Assembly (NCBI GenBank): GCA_964016885.1
Contig: OZ024742.1
Coordinates: 352,222,001 to 352,286,000 of the forward strand
Length of the DNA stretch: 64,000 nucleotides
Reading direction: 5' to 3'
Source of the DNA: Eledone cirrhosa
Taxonomy: Eukaryota
The notes beneath the pieces were generated by a model. That model saw nothing but the letters and a program-made list of their open reading frames with translations. It ran no database searches and was not told where the DNA came from. Positions 43,462 to 56,491 of the stretch are shown one piece after another. Position numbers and translations under genes: made by a program. The stretch's first letter is position 1; every line of letters begins with the position of its first letter.

Positions 43462-44015
43462 CTTTATATGTAATAATCTCCCGTTAGGTTGAGATACAAT
43501 TTTGACTGTATTGGGCTGCGCTTTCTAGCAAAAGGTCACCAGCCGTAAGCAACTAATCACATTCTTTCTAACTTGACCGCTGTCACGTCACGATTGTTAG
43601 CCATTTTTTTATGTATTCTTGGCGCGATCACTTTGGAAAATGAATTGTCTAAATTTGAGCTAACTCCTCAAGTGTCCGCGCTCCAGATTTCCAATGTTAT
43701 GTGATATCTTAAAATGCGGACGAAACCATGGTAGAGGTTCCTAAATATGTTCAATTTTCTCCTAGTTTATTTTACATCTAATTCTGTTTAGTTGACTGTG
43801 TATCTGGTCGATTTATACACGTTTTCGAAATACTCGATAAATATTCCGTCACAACCGCCGCGAAGGGCTGCTTTCGGTTATTTGTCGAAGATTTCTTAAT
43901 AGGAGCATTTATTCTTATAGCGTGGTCTAATTGATTTTTTATATGGTTAATTATGCTAATTAGGAGAGGAAACGGTATATATTTTATCTGGTGATTCTAT
44001 AGACATGTTTTATGA
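43460..44015 (+). mobile_element. pLTR-like element (family of 41770-42350) with a degenerate hammerhead
   Basis: ctc-CTCAAGT-gtccgc...gcggac-GAAA-ccatgg-TA-gag at 43665-43736; flanked by (TA)n. Confidence 0.65.
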
Positions 44016-44276
44016 TATATATATATATATACACATATACAAATATATGTATATATATATATATATACACAAATATATATATAGGAACATTTTAACCCCG
44101 ACGGCAGAGCTCAAGCCGTTTGAATGGCTATTTCTGGACTCTACTACCCCAAGTATTGAGTACTCTAGTGCGTCATGGGCCATCTGGTTCCTTACCACAC
44201 CTCTATATATATGTATGTATATGTCTCTCCACCACTCCCCTACACACCCTTTGAACTCTGTTCCCACACACTTCTC

Positions 44277-44308
44277 ACCTGAGGAAGGGCTTATGCCCGA
44301 AACGTCGT
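44277..44308 (+). ncRNA. Minimal PLE-type hammerhead motif
   Basis: ac-CTGAGGA-a-gggc-ttat-gccc-GAAA-cg-TC-gt, within a ~170-bp element ending at (TA)n. Confidence 0.65.
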
Positions 44309-44396
44309 CCCCCACCAACACCCCACTCTACAGAGCGTGAAATTAATAAACATTCGTTGTACTGCCTCTCTCTTTTGTCCCTGTTCAAATGTTTCC

Positions 44397-44656
<260 letters not shown>

Positions 44657-45352
44657 TATATATATATAATATTATATATATATATATATATATATACTAA
44701 TTGGGCGATGTAGAGTGAGAGAAAGACGACATTGGTTTATTTCTTTTAATTGAAACCAAAAATGTTTCCAAACACACAAGAGGTGGATATTTGATATAAA
44801 TAAACTATATAACTCCTCCGAAGTCGTTGCACCCTTATACATAATAACATCAGAAATAGATTTTATTTGAATTAATGCCCTGCAGACAGGGTTTTGTTTC
44901 ACTGCCAAACAGTACAAATTTAGGATAGAAAACGAAGTTAGAAAATGAAATCTAATAATAATAAAAAATACATCAGCAACAACAATGTTTTATGAGGTAG
45001 ACAAAGGCTTTTGACAGTGACGCAAACTAATTTTCCGAGTACTTTTCTTGGTAAATCTGGATGTCTACCAAATAATTCCTACATTGTCTTCATATTAAGT
45101 TAATCAATCCTCTTGGGAAACATATATTTTACTTATGTGGTCAATTTGCAATTGTGTACTAGGCGGCTGAGATAAATGAATATTTGCCTTAAATTATGCA
45201 TTAAAATATGTCATAGAAGTAAGAAGGCTATTCATAGCAATAATAACAATCAATGGAATAATGGAATATTAAGTAGTGTATTAAAAAGATTTATTTTTTC
45301 ATATTATGAATATACTTAAGAGATTGTAAAATCTTTATTGATAGTATATAAT

Positions 45353-45354
<2 letters not shown>

Positions 45355-45391
<37 letters not shown>

Positions 45392-45434
45392 ATGGTGGCG
45401 GAGGTGGTAGTAGTAGTAGTAGTTGTTGTGGTGA

Positions 45435-45466
<32 letters not shown>

Positions 45467-45775
45467 ATGGTGGCGGAGGTGGTAGTAGTAGCAGTAGTGG
45501 TTGTGGTGATAGTAGTAGTAGTAGTAATAGTAGTGGTAGTAGTAGTAGTAGTAGTAGTGATATTATTATTAGTAGTAGTAGTATTAGTAGTAGTAGTAGT
45601 AGTTGCTGTTGTTGTTGTTGTCGTCGTCGTTGTTGTTGTGCTGTGGTTGTAGTGATTATAGCATTCCTGGCAATGCTGTTGCTGCAGTTTCTGTATTAAA
45701 TCGTATACTAACTCCTTGTCTATTGTAAAATCAACAATAGCAACAACAGCAACAAGAGCAACAACAACTACAGCA
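45355..45775. repeat. Compound (TAG)n/(GTT)n/(CAA)n trinucleotide repeat
   Basis: Read directly; it is the source of the poly-V and poly-T pseudo-ORFs. Confidence 0.95.
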
Positions 45776-48700
45776 ATAATTATGATTTCATTTATTGGCC
45801 ACCAGGGCCGACATATAGGAGACAATACAAAAGACTGGGACAGTGGGGGTTTTACAGAAAAATTGAGTAAACAATATAAATAAAAATAACAAAGTAACAA
45901 TAAAATACAACAAAAACGATTCCTCAATAGGGGGGGGGGTGTCCACCCAGGGTTCACTCAGGTAACCCACCAATCCTGAACGACCTGACACTTCGAGAAC
46001 ATCCTGGAAGGGCACCCCTTTCCTCCTCAAATTTACCCAACTAAAGGCGCATGACCAGAGTAGGCCCACTCACACGGGCCATTCTCGCCACATTCACCCA
46101 CCTCCAGCAAATGTACATGGGGGGCAGCACTTCTCTCTCCACCCTCACCTTCCTTTCCAAGTGAAACTTGAAAAGTTTGATGAAGTATTAGCCGAAAGGT
46201 AAAGTGACTGTCTTCATTCCTTTCCACCTGGTCCACCATACAACCTCTTTCACTACTGCCACCAGACAGGAACATTTCCTGCACGTTCTGGCCAAAAGAA
46301 GGCGACGGGCCGATCTTCACTATGGACAAGGCCGATAGATGGATCCGTTCTACACGCGACAACAGCTGCATCTCGGGCAGGTTCGTCTGACAGCACTTCC
46401 GTGCCTGTAGAGATTATCTCGAACCGGCAGTGCCCCCTGGTAGCACTGCCATGCGAGGGACTTTTGGAAATTATCCATCGTCCCCGGCTCGAAAATCATC
46501 CGGAACAGACTAGTTACTCCGACTTCGGTGACTCTCAGAGCCTCTCCGAGTGCTTCGTCGAACTTGCCCACCACTAATGCTCTATAGAACTCGAGAGTGG
46601 AAGTTCCACTGACCGCATTACCCGCCTGGTAGAGGGCAGTGAGTGCCTGGCAACATTCCAGAGGCCAGTCACCCAGTCCTGTCTCTTCTTGACCCAGGAC
46701 TGCAGCTCAGTCAAAGAAACACACCGCGGAAAGGCCAGTCTACCAAACGGCGACCACACATGTTCACCGTATAGGCAGAATATCTGGAGATGCCGCAGCA
46801 TCAGCGCGTGTCTGCGCATCATTAGCCATGGGATGCCCAGGCGTCCACGTAGAGGGTACTGGCAGCAGATGGACGCCTCACCAGCGGAACCTGACCCCTC
46901 CACAAGAATTTGAAGAGGAGGCGCTCCAAGATGGCTAGGCGCGACGGCGACAAAGGACGACGGTCAGACAGTAGTAGATGACGGACGCGATGTACGCCTT
47001 CACCACCTCCGCTCGACCTTTCAGTGATAGCTTCATCCCAGCCCCTTTCTGGATGAGACTGGCTACCCTGCCCGTCACCTCATCCCAATTCGTATCCACC
47101 TGGAGGGCTGACCCGAACCAAACCCCGAGCAACTTTACCGCTCCGTCCGTCCAGCGCCAAACGACGCTGTTGGACGGCATGGACTTACCTCTCCAGGTGC
47201 CGAGTTGCAAGCTCACCAACTTTTCCGGGTTAAGTTTTGCTCCTGTCAAACTTTCATATTCATCCAATAATTTGCAGACCACCTCGATTTCTGAGGTGTC
47301 CGACACCATCACGGTGATGACTTCCGCATAATCAGACACAGCCTTTTCGCGCCCCGGTTCGAGCGGGATGCCCTGCAACAGCTCCAGCTTCCGCAGTAAC
47401 GGCTCGTGTGTCAATACATACAGAAGGGACGAGAGAGGGAACCCTTGACGGACCGATCGGGAGTCCTGAAACGGTTCCGAGAGGTGACCATTAATGTTGA
47501 CCACCGAGCAGGTGTCGCTGTGCATTGCAGCGATTCAGCTACTGAAGACGGGGCCGAAGCCAGCCGCCTTGAGGACAGCCTCCAGGTACCGATGGTCGAC
47601 CCTATCGAAAGCTTTCGATTGATCTAAATTGACCTGAACCCCACCGAAGCCAGGTTTACAACCTACACCCTCTATGACGTATCGCATCAGGTGCAGGTTG
47701 TCGTGTATGGACCTGGTTGGGATTGCGCAAGTTTGCGGCTGTTTTGTATTGAAGAAATGGTCTAATGCCATTCTCGCCGCTAGCACGTTGGTTGCAATGC
47801 CACTACAAATAGCCTCGCCTAACTTATCTACCAACTCTGCCTCCTTTCTATTTTTCTCTAACGCTACTTCTTTGCTAAACTCTATCGACATTACCCTAAT
47901 CTCTATCTTGAGAGCACCCCCACCCCCAGCATCTATTGTTGACGACTCCCCCTGTCAACGTTTGCTGAACTAAATTGTTGACCTGGTAGCTGTAAGCCTT
48001 GCGTGCCGGAAATGATATTTTCAGCTTCCAGTAACCAGGTCCTAATCTACGGGTCTAATCTAAGTCGACCATACAGATCACAAACTAGTGATCTGAATAG
48101 GCGACCGTTTTAAAACGTGGACAGCTTACACTATTTCTGACAATTTTCCTAATGAATATCATAATGAATATCAAAATGAATATCTATATAGGATCTAGCC
48201 GACCCTATGCGGTTAGTCCAGGTCCACACTGGCGCATTAGCGAAATCTAGTCGGTACCTGTCAGAGAGTTGGAACTGGCTGACCAAGTTCTTGAGGCATT
48301 TGCACGCCCCGCTCATATCGGAAACTCCTACACAGCCCCAGAGTGCGTCAAATATGCCTTTCCAGTTCCCCCCGCTAACAGTAAAGGGCGAGACGTACAC
48401 AGAAAGGCTTCCAGGCGTCTAAAGAAGTCCGCCCGTCCTGCCCCAGTAGGGGCGTAGAGGCCACCAGTCTAAAAGCACCACCTTCATTATTGTTCACGTC
48501 CCGGACCACCAACTTCCTGTGCGGGTTCCGGAAGATCGACATTACCTCGAGATCCAGCCTTTTCCTTAACAACACTGTCAGCCCATCTCCTTTTCCCGAC
48601 CGACTAACAGATGCAAATATCTGACAGTCATCGAAAACGGGGGCTAGTGCGCGCGTGTCGGAAATCCTGGTCTCGCTGACGGCAATTACATCCATTTCTA

Positions 48701-50780
48701 GAGACCTGAGGTCGTTGAGCAGGTGACCCCGTTTCCAGGACGATCCCAGGCCTCGAACATTTAAACTTCCCTCTCTTAATACGGCCAATAACTTACCTTC
48801 CGGGCCCTTGTGAATGTTGGGTGGTTCGACCTCCATAGTTGGTGGGGTTTCTTTTGGGAACTCCTTTAAAAGTCAAGAAGTGGGTTTTACGTTCGGGGTT
48901 CCCACGTCCCGAGGAATGCTGTCTCTTATGTCTTTGTACAAAACGAGCGATATTCGCACCAGAAATAAATCTTCCGGCCCGCGAACGTGCTCGATTTAAA
49001 AATGTTCCCCTCTTTTTGTATATTTTCACTTCGTGCTACGAGGGCTATCAGTTCCTTGCTGGCCCTCCTGACGAGCACGTAGTTTTGTATGTTTTGTTGG
49101 TGTGATTTTATTTGTTTGCGTGGCTGTGGTGGTGATGGTTTTGGTGGTGTTGTTTCGGTTGTATCTGTGTTTGTTGTGAGTGCGGTGCCTGTGGTTTCAG
49201 ATGTTTGTGTGTGTATTTGTTCTTGCGTCTGTTTAGGTTGTTTGCGTTTGGGGGATTCTGGTGATGGTGATGGTGGTGTTGATGTTAGTGTTATTTGGGA
49301 GATGTTTGCGTGGGTGCTGTCTGCGTTTTTTATTGGGGGTGATTTTGTGCTTTGTTGTGATTTTTTTTACTTTTTGTGTTTTCCTTTTTGTGTTTTGGGG
49401 GATTTGTGTTTTCTCTCATCTTCACTACTGGTAGATGAGGGGTCTCTGTCTGTAAGTGTGTCTGTGTGTGTGTTTATGTTTTTATTGATGTGTGTATCTT
49501 GGGGGGGGGGGAGATTTGACAACTTTCCTCGTTTCCACCCTGGGTGGTCAATGTTGGTGGTGGTCTTTCTATTGGTGTTGTTGTTGTGGTTTTGCCGGTG
49601 CAGGTGTTGGTTGTGCTCTTCAGCCCGGAGCGGCAGCAGTGGAGCACTTCGACCCCTTGCATCTTTCAGCAGTTATGGGCAGAAGGCTCGCAAATGTGTT
49701 TTTCCCCCAAACAAAGCAATGCGGCCTTTTGCCCTCTGAAGGATCTCCAGGTCAACCCCGGACCAGTCCTCTCTGGCCGTTCTTGTCACTTCTATCGGAA
49801 CGGTATCCATCCCCTCCACAATCACACATCCCAGAAGTCACCACATGTCAAGTCCTGGTGGGATTGTGGGAATGCGGAGACGTTTCGTTCTTTTTTCCCA
49901 TGCGGGAGGGGTACATTATGAACATGCTGGTTTTGCAAGGAGTCATAGCGTGTTTCATACCGTGGGCTTCTGACTTGAACAGCACCGAAATGGTGCCGTA
50001 CTCTCTGCCCCTCGCTATGTATTCGTTATCATCTCTGATTCACATACGCGCGACTTCGACATCTGCTTGTGGAATTTAAAGCTGCCCTTTTGGTCTGTGC
50101 TGAGATGCATCTACAATGCACCGTTCTGCGCTCCACTGTTTCAATAGCTTCTACCGAGACAGTTAAGTTGGCCCAGGTTTGCACTTGCTTCCAGGCCTGG
50201 GCCAACTTTTCATGTTTGTTTGAGAGGTCCATGTTGAAGCATGGCCTCCCTTTTGCTGCTGCCGCAGCGAAAGTGTTCTTCTTGTTGTCGTTGGGGGTGG
50301 TGTTGTCGTTGTCGTAGTTCTTGTTGGTGTTGTTATTACTGTCGCTGTTATCAGTGTTGTCTTTGGTGCCGCTGTTGTTCTCGGCGCAGTTGCTATTGTT
50401 GCTGTTGGTGTTGTCGCTATTTGTTTTCATGTTAGTGGTGTTGCATTTGTCATTATTTCTGTTATCTGTATTTTCGTTGTCGCTGTTACTGTCATATTTT
50501 TCCTAATTAGAGTTCTCAGTGTTGGTATCATTGCTGTCTTTGTTCAGATTGTTTGTGGTGGTGTTTTGTATCAATTTCTGTTAATTTCGCCGTACCGCTC
50601 CTCTCAACTTTTACGTCGTTTTCGCACGATAACAGGCATATCGCTGGGAGGCGTGGCTCAGCCATGTTTTTATTGCTTTCGATAATTTTTTTAAAATGTA
50701 AAAGAGTTCAAATATTTGGGCCCAAAACCCAAATATTAATCTTTCCCCGTCACATAGTCCAATGGCTTGTATGCCTTACA
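45775..50780 (-). mobile_element. Decayed L1/Tx1-type LINE, copy 1 (frameshifts and an internal deletion)
   Basis: Colinear with 50861-56600. APE and RT fragments (GSLNVRGL, LDQSKAFDRVDH, SVRQG.PLS). Deletion joining DHFFNTK to QTCAIP at ~47740. Confidence 0.92.
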
Positions 50781-51132
50781 CAACAACAAAAAAAGTCAAT
50801 AAATAAGTTTTGACAGGTAAATAAATAAACTTACGAGTGCGAGCATAAAGTTCAGACTCAATAATAATAATAATAATAATGATTTCATTTATTGGCCACA
50901 AGGGCCGACATATAGGGGACAACACAATAGACAGGGACAGTGGGGGTTTACATAGAGATCGAGTAAGTATAAATAACAAAAAACAAAATAACAATAAAAA
51001 TACAACAATGAAAGTTCCCCAATAAGAGGGATCACCACCCAGGGTTGACTCAAGCACCCCACCTGTCCTGAGCCACCCGACGCTCCTAGGGCACCCGGGA
51101 ATGGCACCCCTCTCCTTCTCGAATTCACCAGC

Positions 51133-54100
51133 CTACAGGCGCATGATCAGAGTAGGCCCACTCACGCGGGCCATTCTCGCCACATTCACCCACCTTTCAG
51201 TAAATGTACTGGGGGGCAGCACTTCTCTCTCCACCCTCACCTTCCTTTCCAAGTGAAACTTGAAGAAGTTGATGAGGGATTGGCCGAAGAGAAAAGTGTC
51301 TGTCTTCAGTCCTTTCAACCTGGTCCACCATGCAACCTCTTTCGCTACTGCCACCAGGCAGAGGGAAATTGCCTGCCCTTCCTGACCAAAAGAAGACGGC
51401 GGGTCAATCTTCACTATGGACTCGGACGATAGCCGGATCCGTTCTACACGCGACAATAGCTGTTCGACATAACCGCACAAGTCAGCAATGCACGGACACT
51501 GGACGAGTGCGTGCAGAACGGTTTCGTCGCTCTGCGCGCATCTCGGGCAGGTTCGTCTGACAGCACTTCCGTGCCTGTAGAGTTTATCCCGAACCGGCAG
51601 CGCCCCCCGGTAGCACTGCCAAGCGAGGGATTTCTGGAAGTTATCCATCGTCCCCGGCTCGAAAGTCCTCCGGAACATACTGGTCAGTTCTACTTCGTTG
51701 ACGCCCAGAGCCTCTCCTAGTACGTCATCGCACTTGCCCTCCACCAATCCTCTATAGAAATCTTGAGTGGAAGTTCCACTGACCGCATTGCCCACCTTGC
51801 AGAGTGCAGTGAGCACCTGGCAACATTCCAGATGCCAGTCGCCCAGTCTCGGTCTCTTCTTGACCCAGGACTGCAGCTCAGTCAAAGAGATGAGCTGCGG
51901 AAAGGCCCGTCTAACAAACGGCGACCACACCTGTTCACCGTTTAGGCAAAATATCTGGAGATGTCGCAGCCTCAGCGCATGTCTGCGCATCATTAGCCAC
52001 GGCATGCCCAGCCCTCCACGAAGAGGGTGCTGGCAGCAGATGGACCGCCTCACCAACGGGACCCGTCCCCTCCACAAAAATTTGAAAAGGAGCCGTTCCA
52101 AATTGGCGAGGCGTGGACGGGGGCAAGGCACGACGGTCAGGCGGTAGTAGATGACGGACGCGATGTACGCGTTCGCCACCTCCGCCCGCCCTTTCAGTGA
52201 TAGCTTTCTCTCAGCCCATTTCTGGGTGAGGTTGGCTATCCTGCTCGTCACCTCGTCCCAATTCTTATCCACCTGGAGGTCTGGTCCGAACCAAAGCCCG
52301 AGCAACTTTACCGATCCGTCTGTCCAGCGCCCAACGACGCTGTTGGACGGCATGGACTTGCCTCTCCAGGTGCCGAGCTGCAAGCCCACCGACTTTTCCA
52401 GGTTAAGTTTTGCTCCCGTCAACCTTTCATATTCCTCCAAATGGGTGCGGATCACCTCGATTTCCGAGGTGTCCGACACCATCACGGTGATGTCGTCCGC
52501 ATAAGCGGACGCAGCCTTTCTACGTCCCGGTTCGAGCGGGATGCCCTGCAACAACTCCAGCTTCCGCAGTAGAGGCTCAAGAGTCAATACGTACAGAAGT
52601 GAGGAGAGAGGGCACCCTTGACGGACCGATCGAGAGATCTGAAACGGTTCCGAGAGGTGGCCATTAACTTTGACCACCGAGCAGATGCCGCTGTACATTG
52701 CAGCGATCCAGCTTCTGAAGACGGGGCCGAAGCCAGCCGCCTCGAGGACAGCCTCCAAGTACCGATGGTCGACCCTATCGAATGCTTTCGATTGATCTAA
52801 ATTGATCAGAGCCCCACCGAAGCCAGGTTTGCACCCAACCCTCCCTATGATGTATCGCATGAGGTGGAGGTTGTCGTGTATGGACCTGGTCGGGATTGCG
52901 CAAGTTTGCGCCTCCCCAACCAAATCTTTGACGACAAGCGCCAACCTTTTCGCTAACACCTTGGCCAAAATCTTAAAATCTGTGTTGAGCAGGGTAATGG
53001 GCCTGAAATTATCTAGTGTGTCCCTCTTGTTCTCGTCTTTCCTTATCAGCGTCACTACGGCACGGCTCACAGAACTGGGAATGCTCCCGTTCTGCTGCCA
53101 GTTGCAGTAGAGCGCTTCGAGGAGATCGGAGAACAAGTCTGGCATATTTACGTAAAGCTCGTAGGGCAGACCATCCAAACCGGGTGACTTGCGATTCGAG
53201 CAGCCGACAAGGGCGTCCTGAATTTCGACTGATGTTATCGGCTCTTCGCAGCGATTAGCGTCGGCCGTCGAGAGGCGTGGCAAGCCGTCGAGGTAGGGAC
53301 TGAAGTCCGCCGGCGTCTCCGACTCACCCATCCTCCCGAACGATCGAGCAAAGTGCTGGCGAAAGGCCTCACACATCTGCTTGAAATCGCTCAGTTCGTG
53401 TCCATCTCGATCCGTCAAAGGCCGAATTGTGGTTTTATTTCCACGCTGCGTCTCTGCAAAGCGAGCCCATCGGGCAGCTTTGGTTCCCTCGTTCCTCAGA
53501 GCACGCGCCTTAGCTCTGACAATGCAACCTTCGTGTTTCGCATTGAAGAAATGGTCTAGTGCCATTCTCGCCGCTAGCACGTCTGTTGCAATGCCACTAC
53601 AAATAGCCTCGTCTAACTTAGCTATCAGCCCCTCCTCCTTTCTATTTTTCTCTATTGCTACTTCTTTGCTAAATCCTATCGAGGTTGCTCTAATCTCTCT
53701 TTTGAGAGCCCCCCACCACCTGTTGTTGACAACCCCCCCTGTCAACTTTTGCTTAACTAAGTTGTTGACCCGGTCCCTGTAAGCTTTACGTGCCGGAAAC
53801 GACATGTTTAGCTTCCAGTAGCTAGGTCCTAACCTACGTGTCTTATCTAGGTCGACCATACAGATCACAAGCTTGTGATCTGAATAGGCAACCGTTTTAA
53901 AATGTGGACATCCTACACTATTTCTATCTCTTTTCCTAATGAAAATCCTATCTATGTACGATCTAGATGACCCTATGCAATTGGTCCAGGTCCATACTGG
54001 CGCATTAGGGAAATCTAGTCGGTACCTGTCAGACAGTTGAAACTGGCTGATCAGGTACTTGAGGCTTTTGCACCCCCCGCTCCTATCAGATACTCCCACA

Positions 54101-54552
54101 CAATCCCAGCGTGCTTCTAAGATGCCATTCCAATCCCCTATTAACAGTAAAGGGCGAGACGTAAGCAGAAAGTTTTCCAGGCGCCTAAAGAAGTCCGGCC
54201 GACCGGCCCCAGTAGGGGCGTAGACGGCCACCAGTCTAAAGGCACCACCTTCGCTATTGCTCACGTCCAGGACCACCAACTTTCCGTCAGGATCCCGGAA
54301 GATTGACCTTACCTCGAGATCCAGACATTTCCTAAACAGCACAGCCACTCCACCTCCCATTCCCGGCCGACTAACAGATGCAAAGATCTGATAATCGTCG
54401 AAAATCGGCGCCAGTGCGCGTGTGTCGGAAATTCTGGTCTCGCTGATGGCAATTACATCCATTCCTAGTGACCTGAGGTCGTTGAGCAAGTGACCTTGCT
54501 TCCAGGGCGACCCCAGGCCACGAACATTTAAACTTCCTACTCTTATGGCCAT
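51133..54552 (-). CDS. LINE ORF2: APE endonuclease + reverse transcriptase + C-terminal Cys/His motif (1139 aa, uninterrupted)
   Basis: SLNVRGL, ISET, IGDWN, YIDRIF, YSDH, SYWKLN, KSPGLDG, FRPITLLNTDFKILAK, DQSKAFDRVDH, RQGCPLS, AYADD, CPRC...ETVLHALVQC. Confidence 0.96.
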   Translation of the reverse strand: MAIRVGSLNVRGLGSPWKQGHLLNDLRSLGMDVIAISETRISDTRALAPIFDDYQIFASVSRPGMGGGVAVLFRKCLDLEVRSIFRDPDGKLVVLDVSNSEGGAFRLVAVYAPTGAGRPDFFRRLENFLLTSRPLLLIGDWNGILEARWDCVGVSDRSGGCKSLKYLISQFQLSDRYRLDFPNAPVWTWTNCIGSSRSYIDRIFIRKRDRNSVGCPHFKTVAYSDHKLVICMVDLDKTRRLGPSYWKLNMSFPARKAYRDRVNNLVKQKLTGGVVNNRWWGALKREIRATSIGFSKEVAIEKNRKEEGLIAKLDEAICSGIATDVLAARMALDHFFNAKHEGCIVRAKARALRNEGTKAARWARFAETQRGNKTTIRPLTDRDGHELSDFKQMCEAFRQHFARSFGRMGESETPADFSPYLDGLPRLSTADANRCEEPITSVEIQDALVGCSNRKSPGLDGLPYELYVNMPDLFSDLLEALYCNWQQNGSIPSSVSRAVVTLIRKDENKRDTLDNFRPITLLNTDFKILAKVLAKRLALVVKDLVGEAQTCAIPTRSIHDNLHLMRYIIGRVGCKPGFGGALINLDQSKAFDRVDHRYLEAVLEAAGFGPVFRSWIAAMYSGICSVVKVNGHLSEPFQISRSVRQGCPLSSLLYVLTLEPLLRKLELLQGIPLEPGRRKAASAYADDITVMVSDTSEIEVIRTHLEEYERLTGAKLNLEKSVGLQLGTWRGKSMPSNSVVGRWTDGSVKLLGLWFGPDLQVDKNWDEVTSRIANLTQKWAERKLSLKGRAEVANAYIASVIYYRLTVVPCPRPRLANLERLLFKFLWRGRVPLVRRSICCQHPLRGGLGMPWLMMRRHALRLRHLQIFCLNGEQVWSPFVRRAFPQLISLTELQSWVKKRPRLGDWHLECCQVLTALCKVGNAVSGTSTQDFYRGLVEGKCDDVLGEALGVNEVELTSMFRRTFEPGTMDNFQKSLAWQCYRGALPVRDKLYRHGSAVRRTCPRCAQSDETVLHALVQCPCIADLCGYVEQLLSRVERIRLSSESIVKIDPPSSFGQEGQAISLCLVAVAKEVAWWTRLKGLKTDTFLFGQSLINFFKFHLERKVRVEREVLPPSTFTERWVNVARMARVSGPTLIMRL

Positions 54553-54581
54553 GCTGGCAGGATGAATGGGAGAGGAAAGGT

Positions 54582-56491
54582 TTACTTACCTTCCGGGGTC
54601 TTGTGAAGGTCGGGTGGTTCGACCTCCATGGTTTGTGGGGTTTCTTTTGGGAACCCCTTTAATAGTCTTGAAGTGGATTTTACGTTCGGGGTTCCCACAT
54701 CCCGAGGAAAGCTCTTTCGAATTTCTTTGTATGAAGCGAGCGACATTCGCATCAGAAGCAAATTATCTGGTACGCGAAATGTGCTCGCATCAAATGTTTC
54801 CCCCTCTTTTTCGATGTTTGTGCTTCGTGCTACATGGGCCATCAATTCCTTGTTGGCCCTTCTGGCAAGCACGAAGTTTTTAATGTTTTGTTGCTCGGGT
54901 TTTATTTGTTCGTGTGATTGTGGTGGTGATAGCTTTGTTAGTGTTGTTTCTATTGTGTCTGCGTTTGTTGTGGATGGGGTGTCTGTAGTTTCTGATGTTT
55001 GTGTGTCTATTTGTTCTTGTGTCTGTTTAGCTTGTTTGCGTTTGGGGGATTTTGGTGGTTGTGTTGGTGATGCTGTGGGGAAAATGTTTGTGTGGGTGGT
55101 GTGTGTATTTTTTTTTGTGGGGGTGTTTGTGCTTTGTGGATTTCTTTTTTTTTTGTGTTTTGTTTTTTGTATTTTGGGGGACTTTGGTTTTCCCTCATCT
55201 TCACTGCTGTAGGATGAGGGGTCTGTGGCTGTGAGCGTGTTTGTGTCTGAGTGAGTGTTTATGTTCTTGTTCGTGTGTGTATTTTTTTTTTTGGGGGGGG
55301 GGGGGGAGAGCTTTCCTCGTTTCCCCCCTGGGTGTGCAATTTTGGTGGTTCCATTGTTGACGGTGTTGCTGGTGGTCCTTGTCCCGGCGTCGCCAGCAGT
55401 GGAATCTTTCGACCCCTTGCGCTTTTCGGCAGTTGAGGGCAGAAGGCTCGCAAGTGTGTCGTTTCCCCACAAAGGAAACAATGCGGCCTTTTGCCCTCAG
55501 TCATTATATGCAACACCCTCCCCTTTTGGAGGCGGATGTGGTCCGGGATTGCTTTTACGTTTTCGGGTCTGATTTGGAGCAGTATCTCCAGATCATCCCC
55601 GGACCAGTCGTCCCTGGTAGTTCTCGTTGCCTCTACCGGGACTGTATCCGTTCCTTCCACGATTACGCAACCCAGGAGCCACCACATATCAAGTCCTGGT
55701 GGAATCCTGGGAATGCACACACGTGCTATTCGTTTTCCCATGTGGGAGGGGTACATTATGACCTTGCTGGTTTTGCAAGGGGTCATTGAATGCTTCACAG
55801 CGAGGGCTTCAGACTTGAACAGCACCGAAACGGTGCCGTATTGGCTGCCCCTCTCTATGAAGTCTGTGTCCTCTCTGATGTATTTCAGTGCGGCTTCTAT
55901 GTCAGCTTGGGCGATTATCGCTGCCCTCTTTGTCTCTACTGAGATGCATCTGAAATGCACCGTTCTTTTTTCCACTGCCTCAATGGCTTCTGCCGGGACA
56001 GTTAAGTTTGCCCAGGTCTGCTCTTGATTTATGATTTTCCAGGCCTGGGCCAACTTTTCCTCTCTGTTGGTTAAGTCGATGCTGTAGCATGGTCTCCTTT
56101 TAGCCGCTGCCACAGCAGCGAAGGTGTTATTGTTGGTGTTGTCACTGTTGTTGTTCCTGTTGGTGTTGCTGCTGCTATTGCTGTTGTTCTCCCCTGTGTC
56201 GTGGTTACCCTCTGTGCTGTTGGCCTTGTTGGTGCTGCTGCTGTCGCTACTATTACTCTCTGTGCTGTTCGTTTTGTTGGTGCTCTCGCTATTACCACCT
56301 TCTGCGCTGTTCGGCTTGTTGGTGTTGGTGTTGTCGCTGTTACCACCTTCCGCGCCGCTCGGCCCGTTGGTGCTGGCACTGTCGCTGCTCACACTCGTGC
56401 TGGTGGCGCTCCTCGCCCCACCTCTCCTCTCAACGCTCAAGTCGCCGTTGCACGACAGCAGACCCGCCTCTAGGGGGCGTGGCTCCGCCAT
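54582..56491 (-). CDS. LINE ORF1 (CCHC zinc knuckle, low-complexity termini), split by one frameshift within 55259-55481
   Basis: ATG at 56491 with the same MAEPR start as copy 1 (50665); CFLCGETTHLRAFC. The second half runs to a stop at 54582, 29 nt before the ORF2 ATG. Confidence 0.8.

Noticed and set aside
45316-45957. Mucin-like poly-Thr and poly-Val ORFs
   Set aside because: They arise from the (TAG)n trinucleotide repeat plus the LINE 3'UTR.
54554-54589. 36-nt GT..AG 'intron' joining ORF1 to ORF2
   Set aside because: It is very short, and its removal does not put ORF1 in frame with the ORF2 ATG.
55259-55320. Programmed -1 frameshift at C CCA AAA in LINE ORF1
   Set aside because: In copy 1 the zinc-knuckle frame reads through to the downstream segment without a shift at this site, so an ordinary indel or homopolymer error is more parsimonious.
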